From assembly GCA_031362805.1 (NCBI GenBank), contig JANLTG010000053.1:42207-106206 (forward strand): a DNA stretch of 64,000 bases, written 5' to 3'. The DNA comes from a bacterium (lineage in GTDB: Bacteria; Verrucomicrobiota; Verrucomicrobiia; Limisphaerales; RI-55). Position numbers and translations under genes: made by a program. This document shows positions 18,463 to 26,099 of the stretch, one piece after another. Below the pieces are notes generated by a model, which saw only the letters and a program-made list of their open reading frames with translations, ran no database searches and was not told the origin of the DNA. Numbering within the stretch: position 1 is the first letter of the stretch; every line of letters begins with the position of its first letter.

Positions 18463-19320
18463 TCACACCTGAATACCAGCGAGGAAAACAGCCAGGCGGC
18501 GATGATGCTCGGTCATGCTGGCATCCATTCCGCACTCAGCAGCCAGTTCGCCAAATGGTTCGCTCCAACTGGACTGAGGCACTGGCATGGACGAGGGCAC
18601 AGAGTGAGTGCCGCGACGACGAAAGGTCGCCGTGATGTTCTCCGCGAGCCGGGTGCGGTCCATCGTTCCTGAATCGAACAGAAGGACCATATCCACCAAA
18701 TCCTTCACGCGCGTATTCGGGCGCCCGGTTCGCGGGAGCGTGTAGGCGTGCAGCTTCTCGGCGAACTGCTCCTCGCGCGATATGGCGGGCAGTTTGGCTC
18801 TTGCGATGCCAGCAAAGCCCAGCCAATCCTGACCTTCAAGAATCTCAAATGGTTCGCGCAGAACATCGCCGGCGCTGACATCGAGGTGAAATCCGGCAAA
18901 TCGCCGGCCCGCCATCTGCGCCTCGACGGGATACCTTGCGCCACCGTAAGGCGCGGCATCCAAATCCATCGTCGGCTCGCCGATGGTGAATTCAAACCCG
19001 TCTTTCAGGTCAACGGCCGCTGCACGTTCGAGCGAGGCACGCACCGCGGCGGCGTTCCACTCCTTGGCGCCATCAGGCAGCTGACGAATGGCCAGGTCAA
19101 CGTCGCGCGTGGTTCGCGCTTTCTGAATGCGAAGCTCCATCGCGTACCCACCCTTGAGCAGCCACGGCGCATCGGGTTCATGGAACAGGCGACACAGCAG
19201 CCGGTCGGATGCCGCCTGACGACGCATCCTTTGGATGTCGCCGCCTTCCCGGCGCACTGCGGCGAGAAGTCGGTCCTCCAAAGCGCGTCGGAGTGCCGAG
19301 GGCGTCTGGTAGCGGCTCAT
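18463..19320 (-). CDS. abiEii: AbiEii/AbiGii-family nucleotidyltransferase toxin (type IV TA / abortive infection)
   Basis: 285 aa. Nucleotidyltransferase motif LKGGYAMELRIQKARTTRDVDL. 4-nt ATGA overlap with the upstream AbiEi-like gene. Confidence 0.8.
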   Translation of the reverse strand: MSRYQTPSALRRALEDRLLAAVRREGGDIQRMRRQAASDRLLCRLFHEPDAPWLLKGGYAMELRIQKARTTRDVDLAIRQLPDGAKEWNAAAVRASLERAAAVDLKDGFEFTIGEPTMDLDAAPYGGARYPVEAQMAGRRFAGFHLDVSAGDVLREPFEILEGQDWLGFAGIARAKLPAISREEQFAEKLHAYTLPRTGRPNTRVKDLVDMVLLFDSGTMDRTRLAENITATFRRRGTHSVPSSMPVPQSSWSEPFGELAAECGMDASMTEHHRRLAVFLAGIQV

Positions 19321-19922
19321 GGGAATAGACTCATGACCAGTTCCCGCCGACCCGCACCTGCCTTGGCCGTCGAAATCTGACTTTCGGTAATCAGCCCGCG
19401 ACGACGAGCTTCTTTGGTGACTTCTCGGAGGTCATTAAGCGCATTGGGGTCGGCTTCCGCCAGATCGCACAGCGCCCGGAGTGGACGACAAACCGAGAGA
19501 CCTCGTAGCTGGGTGACCTCGCCCGGCATTAGCTGCGCGTAGTGCAGTGTCACCGCTTTGGGAAGCCGGCTGTTGCGGCGGAATGTCGGCGGTACGGTCA
19601 GGTGTATCTTTGCCGGGTTGAAATCGCCCAACTCGAACAGACTCAGGGCCGACTGATGCGAAACCGCCGCCGTCGGCTTTTCGCTCCGTCCACGCGACCA
19701 AAGCAGCCACACCATCATCTGCCCATCCTCGGGCGACGGCAGATGCGTCATACGGTAAATGCCGCGCCAGACCCGCGCCCAATTCCCGGCACGCACATGG
19801 TAGGGGTGGGTATTGTCCGCGTAGCCGGCCTCAATGGCCTGCTTCGTGGTGAAATACCCCTGCTGGTCCTGCGCAATGCTCATCAGGGCGGCAAACGGAT
19901 CGTTCTTCTTCGCCATGCACAC
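19317..19922 (-). CDS. abiEi: AbiEi-family antitoxin / transcriptional regulator
   Basis: 201 aa. N-terminal wHTH-like segment QGYFTTKQAIEAGYADNTHPYHVRAGNWARVWRGIYRM, typical of AbiEi. Translationally coupled to the AbiEii gene. Confidence 0.75.
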   Translation of the reverse strand: MCMAKKNDPFAALMSIAQDQQGYFTTKQAIEAGYADNTHPYHVRAGNWARVWRGIYRMTHLPSPEDGQMMVWLLWSRGRSEKPTAAVSHQSALSLFELGDFNPAKIHLTVPPTFRRNSRLPKAVTLHYAQLMPGEVTQLRGLSVCRPLRALCDLAEADPNALNDLREVTKEARRRGLITESQISTAKAGAGRRELVMSLFP

Positions 19923-19926
19923 ATCC

Positions 19927-20307
19927 TCAACTTTTTTGAGGAATTGTGCAAGCCGGCTTTGGCTGAGCGGAATGGCCTTCCAGCGCCTTTGCCTCGGTCA
20001 CGACGATCTCTCGAATGACCGGCTGGTTCTCCGCCAGCGCCGGACCATGCGGATTCGGGATACCCGTAAGCAACGAAAGCTCCATCCGCTGCATCGCCGA
20101 TTCGATGCGTCGCAGCGAGTTTCCATGAAGCGTGACTTCATGCGTGGCGAAAACCATCCGTAGCCGCTGTTCCTTCCCGGCGCTTTTGAGTTCAGCGAAA
20201 ACGAACTGGTCGAACGGCAGCAGCAAGCTTAGTTCAGCCGATACTTCGATTTTGACCGCGCGAACGTTCGGGTCGCTCGCCCAATATTCGGGTGATTTTG
20301 TGCTCAT
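19927..20307 (-). CDS. Hypothetical protein, tightly coupled upstream of abiEi
   Basis: 126-aa ORF that ends 4 nt before the abiEi start. No motif recognised. Its first 74 nt overlap the tail of the relaxase-like remnant, so the start is uncertain. Confidence 0.4.
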   Translation of the reverse strand: MSTKSPEYWASDPNVRAVKIEVSAELSLLLPFDQFVFAELKSAGKEQRLRMVFATHEVTLHGNSLRRIESAMQRMELSLLTGIPNPHGPALAENQPVIREIVVTEAKALEGHSAQPKPACTIPQKS

Positions 20308-21055
20308 GTTTTTGCATTTGTTTCAGGTGAGGACGACGCGCTAGTTTCAGCCGGCAGAACGTGTCGGCGGCGCGTTGGCCAAATCGAAGCATGTAGCCGT
20401 GCAGCCGATCCCAGAGGCGAACGCCACGGCGTAGGACCAGACCGGACGCAAGTTCCATCGCGAGCGGGCGATGACCGGAGCGGGTTACGTTCTCGCGCAA
20501 TTGCTCCTTGTCCGGCGTGTAGATGCGGATGCTACGCCGGCCGCGCGAAATGGTCACATACCATTGCTGCGCGTTCGTCGCCGCCTTGATGGTGGAATCG
20601 GAGAACAGGACGTAATCAACGGTCTTGCCTTGCGAGCCGTAGGACGTGACGGCGTAGCCGGGGAGGAACTCACGGAAGCTCGCATCCAGCACCCGGCAAT
20701 CGGTGAGTTCGACTCCGCCATCCGCACGAACCGACTTCACCGCGACAAGTTCACCATTGGTGACGCGGCCACCAGACTTCAACTTGCGATTGGCTTTGAG
20801 GTGCAAGCGGTCGCCGGAGGCAAACGCAACCTCACGCGCCTGACAGACCGAAATCCGGTGGAGCATCTTGTTCGACACCGTAACGAACCGCCCTCCGACT
20901 TCGACCAACAGCCCCGTCTTGAAAATCCCCGACAGCTTGCCTTTCGCCCCGGCGTCGGCTTCGCGTACTTTTTGGTTGAACACGACGATGGCATCCTGCG
21001 GATAGAATCGCTCGTCTCGCTTTTGCGCGTTGGTGAGGTCCATTCGTTCGAGCAC
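20234..21055 (-). pseudogene. C-terminal remnant of a MobF/TraA-type relaxase-helicase
   Basis: 273-aa ORF containing the helicase C-terminal signature GYAVTSYGSQGKTVDYVLFSDS ... QQWYVTISRGRRSIRIYT. The relaxase and ATPase N-terminal domains are absent from every frame upstream. Confidence 0.55.
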
Positions 21056-21122
21056 CTGAACGGTTGAATCAAGAGCGCCAAGCAGCCCTGGGAAAAGCGG
21101 CGCGGGCTGCCCGGCCGCCGCG

Positions 21123-21215
21123 CACCCCCCTCGGGGGGTGTCCCCTTGTTCAGCTTTGATGGATCTAACGGTTGACTACTCATGTAACACTCCATTCCTT
21201 TCATCGGAGTGTTAC
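21123..21215. promoter_or_regulatory. Two perfect inverted repeats upstream of the relaxase remnant (candidate oriT relic)
   Basis: CACCCCCC-tc-GGGGGGTG at 21123-21140. GTAACACTCC-(12 nt)-GGAGTGTTAC at 21184-21215. Confidence 0.3.
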
Positions 21216-21509
21216 CCCTTTCTCAGGTCATCGGTGTCTCATGATCTGGTCGCTAAGACAAAGAACCAAGCCCCGAGTCAGGTCGAGGCAGCGTCAGTTG
21301 ACGCGCTTGAAGCGAAAAACCATATCTCGAAGACGCAAACAACCGCAGTCCAACCAAAGCGACGAACGACGGTACGCGTATGAACCCGGGAAGCTAAACC
21401 GCCTTTGCTCATGCTTTTGGTTTGAAGCACGAAGCGTCGCACATCCGCACATCAACCTCTCAGCTCTACTATTGAAAGTTCCTGTTGATTCTGCGAGCGT
21501 CTCCCCGGC

Positions 21510-21585
21510 GGGCCTGTAGCTCAATGGTTAGAGCAGAGCACTCATAATGCTTTGGTTCTCGGTTCGAGTCCGGGCAGGCCCACCA
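21510..21585 (+). tRNA. Intact tRNA with CAU anticodon (Met or Ile2/lysidine type), carried by the element
   Basis: GGGCCTG TA GCTC AATGGTTA GAGC A GAGCA CTCATAA TGCTT TGGTT CTCGG TTCGAGT CCGGG CAGGCCC A CCA. This is a 76-nt canonical cloverleaf with an encoded CCA. Confidence 0.9.
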
Positions 21586-21749
21586 TCTAATTCACCGGAT
21601 TCTGGCCTCCCCCTTCGCACTGCGACGAAATCGTCTGCCGTCAGGCAGAAGCTTTCACACGATTGCTTCCATTGCTCCATTTCAAATATGTAGCAGCTAC
21701 ACCAAAGAAGTCGCATAAGTCGCATTCTCGGCTCGTGAAACTTGATTAC

Positions 21750-22004
21750 ATGAGCGCGACAACAATTTCCGAATGTCAGACCCTTGACGTGAAAAGCAGC
21801 GCAACCGAACTCGGCGTTTGCGAAGAAACAGTGCGGCGCCTCGTTCGCCGGAAGGTGCTGCGGAAGCTGCCTGGGCTCCGGCGCATCCTGATTCTCAGGA
21901 CTGAGCTCAAAAGATACTTGGGAGCTGGAGAAGTAGAGTTGGCTACCAAAGCACTCTCAAAAAACGGCCCAGAAACGGCCCAGAAGAAAACAATGTTTGC
22001 GTAA
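21750..22004 (+). CDS. xis: Excisionase-like helix-turn-helix DNA-binding protein
   Basis: ATG at 21750 within track ORF 21663..22004. The segment SSATELGVCEETVRRLVRRKVLRKLPGLRRILILRTELKRYL resembles the excisionase/MerR-type HTH_17 family. It lies at the element end opposite the integrase. Confidence 0.6.
   Translation: MSATTISECQTLDVKSSATELGVCEETVRRLVRRKVLRKLPGLRRILILRTELKRYLGAGEVELATKALSKNGPETAQKKTMFA
21966..21989 (+). repeat. Arm-type repeat doublet CGGCCCAGAAaCGGCCCAGAAGAA (right arm)
   Basis: 23 of 24 nt identical to 16936-16959, in the same orientation, 56 bp inside the attR core. Confidence 0.55.
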
Positions 22005-22044
22005 GCAGCACATCGTTAAAATGTTAAGGTCTTTCAACCACGCC

Positions 22045-22053
22045 AATATGAGT
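22045..22053. repeat. attR core (AATATGAGT)
   Basis: Exact 9-bp copy of 16797-16805. Confidence 0.8.
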
Positions 22054-22083
22054 CGTCTGCTCTAACCGCTGAGCTATGGGCCC
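22045..22083 (-). tRNA. 5' half of the split tRNA(CAU) gene (acceptor to anticodon loop), attR side
   Basis: The minus strand reads GGGCCCA TA GCTC AGCGGTTA GAGC A GACGA CTCATAT T. The downstream sequence (TGGCGTGGTTGAAAGACC) cannot pair with the anticodon stem, and there is no T arm. Confidence 0.85.
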
Positions 22084-22197
22084 ATCCTAAGACACGACCA
22101 ATATGGTAATAGGCGATGAAATGCGGCAAGCCATTTTCACGAAGGCTGCCCCGGCAAACCACGCGGCACATTAGCTTTTGGACACACTTTCGAACGT

Positions 22198-22959
22198 GTG
22201 TCCAGCCACGCCTGGGAAGCGCGGACAACGGCGTTTGACCTTGCCGCGTTCCCGTGGAAATCATTCCGCGTGTCGTCACCTGCCATTCTCGAAGTCCAGC
22301 GGCTTGCTCGCACCTACCAAACCGCTGGCGAGCCGCTGACGGTGCTCCATGAGATCAGCTTTACCCTCGCCGCCGGCGCCGCGTGCGCAATCGTCGGTCC
22401 GAGCGGCAGCGGCAAGACCACGCTGCTTGGTCTTTGCGCCGGGCTCGACACACCCTCCACCGGCACCGTCCGGGTGAGTGGCATTGATCTCGGCCAACTC
22501 GACGAAGACGGCCGCGCCCAAGTTCGCAACGAGCAGGTCGGTTTCGTATTTCAAAACTTTCAGCTGCTGCCCACGCTGACTGCCTTGGAGAATGTCATGG
22601 TGCCGATGGAACTGCGTGGAACCCGCAACGTCGCGCCCGAGGCGAAAGAGCTTTTGAAACTCGTCGGGCTGGGCGAACGACTGCACCATTATCCCGTGCA
22701 GCTCTCGGGGGGCGAACAGCAGCGGGTCGCACTGGCCCGCGCCTTCATCAACCGCCCCAAGCTGCTCTTCGCCGATGAACCCACCGGGAATCTCGACACC
22801 GAGACCGGCCATCAAATCATCGAGGCGCTGTTCCAACTGAATCGCGAACGCGGCACCACGCTCGTGCTCGTGACGCATGACCAGGAGCTCGCGGCCCGCG
22901 CGGGCCGCGTGATCCGGTTGAAGGGTGGCGCCATGATCAGCGATTCCGGCCAGCCATGA
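22198..22959 (+). CDS. ABC transporter ATP-binding protein (LolD/YbbA-like)
   Basis: Walker [12 protein letters not shown], signature [14 protein letters not shown], Walker [13 protein letters not shown]. The start is uncertain: GTG at 22198, or an in-frame GTG at 22270. Confidence 0.85.
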   Translation: MSSHAWEARTTAFDLAAFPWKSFRVSSPAILEVQRLARTYQTAGEPLTVLHEISFTLAAGAACAIVGPSGSGKTTLLGLCAGLDTPSTGTVRVSGIDLGQLDEDGRAQVRNEQVGFVFQNFQLLPTLTALENVMVPMELRGTRNVAPEAKELLKLVGLGERLHHYPVQLSGGEQQRVALARAFINRPKLLFADEPTGNLDTETGHQIIEALFQLNRERGTTLVLVTHDQELAARAGRVIRLKGGAMISDSGQP

Positions 22960-25547
22960 TCGCGTTGCCCCGACATCTCTTCGCGCGCTGGACGTGGCTG
23001 ATGGCCTGGCGGGACAGCCGCGCGAGCCGCCGCAAGCTGCTCTTGTTCTCCTCGTCGATCGTGCTCGGAATTGCGGCGCTGGTCGCCATCGGTTCCTTCG
23101 GCACCAGCCTCGAGCAGGCGATCAACGATCAGTCAAAAGCGCTGCTCGGCGCCGATCTCGTGATCGATACACGGGTCAAGCCCGAGGGCGAACGCGCGCA
23201 GTTCCTCAAATCCGTCCCCGGCGAATCGTCGACCGAGATCAACTTCGCCTCGATGATTTACTTCCCGCGCACGGAAGGCACGCGGCTCGTCCAGATTCGC
23301 GCCATCGAAGGCGGCTTCCCATTCTACGGTGAGCTGGAATCCCTTCCCAAGGCGGCCAGTCAGGACTTCAAGCAAGCCGGCGGTGCGTTGGTGGATGAAG
23401 CGTTGTTGCTGCAGTTCGGTGTCGAGGTCGGTGACGACATCCGCATCGGCAAACTCGTGACCAAGGTCGCCGGCAAGCTGCTCAAGGTCCCCGGCGAATC
23501 GATGGCCTTCGCGACGATCGCGCCACGCGTTTACATTCGAGCGAGCGACCTGGCCAACACTGAGTTGATGAAGGATGCCAGCCTGGCGCGTTACCGAACT
23601 TTCTTCCGCCTGCCGGAAAACACCGATGCCGAACTACTCGTGACGGACCTGCGTCCGCAGATCGACAAGTTCCAGTTCGGCGTGGACACCGTCGCCGAGC
23701 GCCAGCGCGATCTCGGCCGCGCCATGGACAACCTCTACAACTTCTTGAACCTCGTCGGCTTCGTGGCCCTCTTGCTCGGCGGTGTCGGCGTGGCGAGTGC
23801 GATCCATGTGCATGTGAAGGGCAAGCTCGCTTCAGTCGCGGTGTTGCGCTGCCTCGGCTGTTCATCGGCTCAGACGTTTGCCATTTACCTGGCGCAAGGC
23901 ATGGCGCTCGGCCTGGTCGGCGCGCTGTTCGGGTCCGCGCTCGGGATCATCGTGCAGTTGATTTTGCCGCACGTCGTCGGTGATTTCATCCCGATCGATG
24001 TCGAGTTTCACCTGGCGTGGCTGTCGATCCTTTCGGCGGCGGGCACCGGCTTCGGCGCGTGCGTGTTGTTCGCGCTGATTCCCCTGCTCGGCGTTCGCCG
24101 CGTGTCGCCGCTGGCGGCGATTCGTTCGTCGTTCGAAAGCAAACGCGGCTTCGATCCCCTGCTCTTGCTTGTCTTCGGCCTGATCGGCGCCTTCATCGTG
24201 GCGTTTGCGCTGGCGCACACCCGCCGCTGGCACGAAGGCATTGGTTTCTCCGTCGGCTGGGCCATGGCGTTTGGCGCGCTGTGGACCGTCGCGCAAACGA
24301 TTTCCTTTCTGGCTCGCCGGCTCACCCCGAGCTGGCTGCCATTCGTGTGGCGCCAGGGACTCTCGAATCTTCACCGGCCGAACAACCGCACCACCTTGCT
24401 CCTGCTCTCGGTGGGCTTGGGCACGTTTCTGATCCTCACCTTGCACCTCGTTCAAAACAGCTTGTTGCAAGGAATCGTCAGCGCGAAGACCGAGGGACAG
24501 GCCAACGCCATCTTGTTCGACATCCAGGCCGATCAGCGCGATGGCGTCGCCGCCGTGCTCAAGGAGCAAGGACTGCCGCTGCTCGACGAGGCGCCGATCG
24601 TCACCATGCGCATCGAGTCGATCAAAGGTAAGTCCGTCGAGGAGCTGGAAACCAACCGCGTTGAGCGCGCGGCACCGGCGCAACCCGGCGGTCCCCGCGA
24701 ACGCCGGGGCGGCCCGCCCCGCTGGGTATTACGCCGGGAGTTCCGAACGACGTTCGGCGACAAGCTCCGCGACTCGGAGAAACTGGTCGCCGGCGAATTG
24801 GTACCCGCCGTGACGCCGGACATGGATGTCATCCCGATCTCAGTCGAGGACGGGCTGGCGAAACAAATGAAGGTCGGCCTCGGCGACGAGATTGTCTGGG
24901 ATGTGCAAGGCGTACCTGTGAAAACCAAAGTCGCCAGCCTCCGCTCGGTAGACTGGCGCCGTGTGCAGCCCAATTTCTTCGTCGTGTTCCCGACCGGCAT
25001 ACTGGAGGAAGCGCCGTCCTTCTACATCATGGTCACGCGCGTGGCCGACGCTGCGCAATCCGCCGCCCTCCAGCGCGAGGTGGTCAAGCAATTCCCCAAC
25101 GTGTCAGCCATCGACCTGACGCTGATCGTCGGCACGCTGGACGCGATCGTCTCGAAGATCGCGTTCGTGGTGCGTTTCATGGCGTTGTTCACCGTGCTTA
25201 CCGGGCTCCTCGTGCTGGCGGGCGCCATTCTGACCGGTCGCTTTCAACGGATGCAGGAAAGCGTGCTGCTGAGAACGCTCGGCGCATCACGTCGGCAGAT
25301 CCAGCAGATCCTGCTGGCTGAGTATCTCGCGCTCGGCGGACTCGCCGCGTTGACGGGGATCGGCCTCTCGGTTGGGGCGACCTGGGCGCTGGCCAAGTTC
25401 ATCTTCAAGACCGACTTCAATCCAGAACCCCTGACGCTGGTCGTCGCTTTCGTGATCGTTTGTCTACTGACGACGATCACTGGGATGCTGGCCTCGCGCG
25501 GTGTCGGCAATCATCCGCCGTTGGAGGTCTTGCGGCGGGAGGTTTGA
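22956..25547 (+). CDS. FtsX/MacB-type ABC transporter permease (YbbP-like, duplicated FtsX domains)
   Basis: 863 aa, with an ATGA overlap onto the ATPase gene. Two blocks of four hydrophobic helices are separated by large soluble domains. Confidence 0.8.
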   Translation: MIALPRHLFARWTWLMAWRDSRASRRKLLLFSSSIVLGIAALVAIGSFGTSLEQAINDQSKALLGADLVIDTRVKPEGERAQFLKSVPGESSTEINFASMIYFPRTEGTRLVQIRAIEGGFPFYGELESLPKAASQDFKQAGGALVDEALLLQFGVEVGDDIRIGKLVTKVAGKLLKVPGESMAFATIAPRVYIRASDLANTELMKDASLARYRTFFRLPENTDAELLVTDLRPQIDKFQFGVDTVAERQRDLGRAMDNLYNFLNLVGFVALLLGGVGVASAIHVHVKGKLASVAVLRCLGCSSAQTFAIYLAQGMALGLVGALFGSALGIIVQLILPHVVGDFIPIDVEFHLAWLSILSAAGTGFGACVLFALIPLLGVRRVSPLAAIRSSFESKRGFDPLLLLVFGLIGAFIVAFALAHTRRWHEGIGFSVGWAMAFGALWTVAQTISFLARRLTPSWLPFVWRQGLSNLHRPNNRTTLLLLSVGLGTFLILTLHLVQNSLLQGIVSAKTEGQANAILFDIQADQRDGVAAVLKEQGLPLLDEAPIVTMRIESIKGKSVEELETNRVERAAPAQPGGPRERRGGPPRWVLRREFRTTFGDKLRDSEKLVAGELVPAVTPDMDVIPISVEDGLAKQMKVGLGDEIVWDVQGVPVKTKVASLRSVDWRRVQPNFFVVFPTGILEEAPSFYIMVTRVADAAQSAALQREVVKQFPNVSAIDLTLIVGTLDAIVSKIAFVVRFMALFTVLTGLLVLAGAILTGRFQRMQESVLLRTLGASRRQIQQILLAEYLALGGLAALTGIGLSVGATWALAKFIFKTDFNPEPLTLVVAFVIVCLLTTITGMLASRGVGNHPPLEVLRREV

Positions 25548-25656
25548 GCTGTTTCAAATCGTCCTCGTACTTGTCCGCGATTCCTCGGTCAGCGAATAAT
25601 TGCTTTCGATTACGAGCCCGAGGACGACGACGACGACGATCAAACGGTACAGAAAA

Positions 25657-25682
25657 CCGGCGGCTGCTTTCGCAACCGCCGG
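25657..25682 (-). terminator. Intrinsic terminator hairpin (minus-strand reading; possibly bidirectional)
   Basis: On the minus strand: CCGGCGG-U-UGC-GAAA-GCA-G-CCGCCGG, followed by UUUUCUGUACCGUUUG. The stem is GC-rich, the loop is a GNRA tetraloop, and a U run follows. Confidence 0.5.
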
Positions 25683-25713
25683 ATACATCTTGATTTGAGC
25701 GGGACGCCCAGTC

Positions 25714-25827
25714 TTACGACCGGGCGCGTTCAGGTAGGATTAAGGTGGGCCTGTTCGTCTCCGCCATGATGGCGGCAACGGCGGGAACTACTTCACTCCA
25801 TTGTTGGAGATCCTGTAGATAAGGCAT
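25714..25827 (-). CDS. Candidate 37-aa small ORF
   Basis: MPYLQDLQQWSEVVPAVAAIMAETNRPTLILPERARS. AGGA lies about 10 nt upstream of the ATG, and the stop is about 30 nt before the hairpin terminator. Too short for the ORF track. No homology evidence. Confidence 0.25.
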   Translation of the reverse strand: MPYLQDLQQWSEVVPAVAAIMAETNRPTLILPERARS

Positions 25828-26099
25828 ACCCACGTCCTAGCAGCGGCAATACCAGCGTCTCGATTCGAGCCAACTCCGTTCAAAATCGGGGAATAACTCC
25901 CAAAACTTGACGATAACGGGGGTGTTGGTGCCTGCGACTCACCAAATGCGTCCCACGAATGATCAAGTATTTACCCGGAAGAGGGAAAGAATGTGCAAGA
26001 TGTGGACAAACCGGCACACCGGTTGGGCGGAAAAGGAAGGAGGCGGAACCGCCGGCCGCACCCGCCGATTCTGGGACCACGACACGCGGTTCCACCCCG

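Larger units (their letters stand above)
16797..22053. mobile_element. 5.25-kb integrated element (degenerate integrative/mobilizable island) inserted in tRNA(CAU)
   Basis: Bounded by the direct 9-bp repeats AATATGAGT at 16797-16805 and 22045-22053. Carries an integrase at the left end and an Xis-like HTH at the right end. Visibly lower GC (about 53% on a spot-counted line, against about 67% in the flank). Cargo is AbiE, a relaxase remnant and a tRNA. Confidence 0.85.

Noticed and set aside
22020-22083. Possibility that integration regenerated a functional tRNA at attR, or at attL
   Set aside because: After the anticodon loop, the attR junction continues TGGCGTGGTTGAAAGACC, which cannot pair with GACGA and has no T arm. 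The attL junction is preceded by ...GTCTCCGCA, which provides no acceptor, D arm or anticodon 5' stem.
25622-25640. (GAC)5-6 microsatellite
   Set aside because: It is short, lies in the non-coding tail next to the terminator U-run, and shows no sign of function or phase variation.
25548-26099. tmRNA, RNase P RNA, SRP RNA or TPP riboswitch in the ORF-poor gap
   Set aside because: I looked for GGTTCGA-type T arms with an ACCA end, the AGGAAAGTCC P4 motif, the GGAAGCAGCC SRP helix-8 context and the CTGAGA...ACCTGATCTGGATAATGCCAGCG THI-box. Only weak partial resemblances turned up (for example GGCAATACCAGCG). That is not enough for a call without a covariance-model search.
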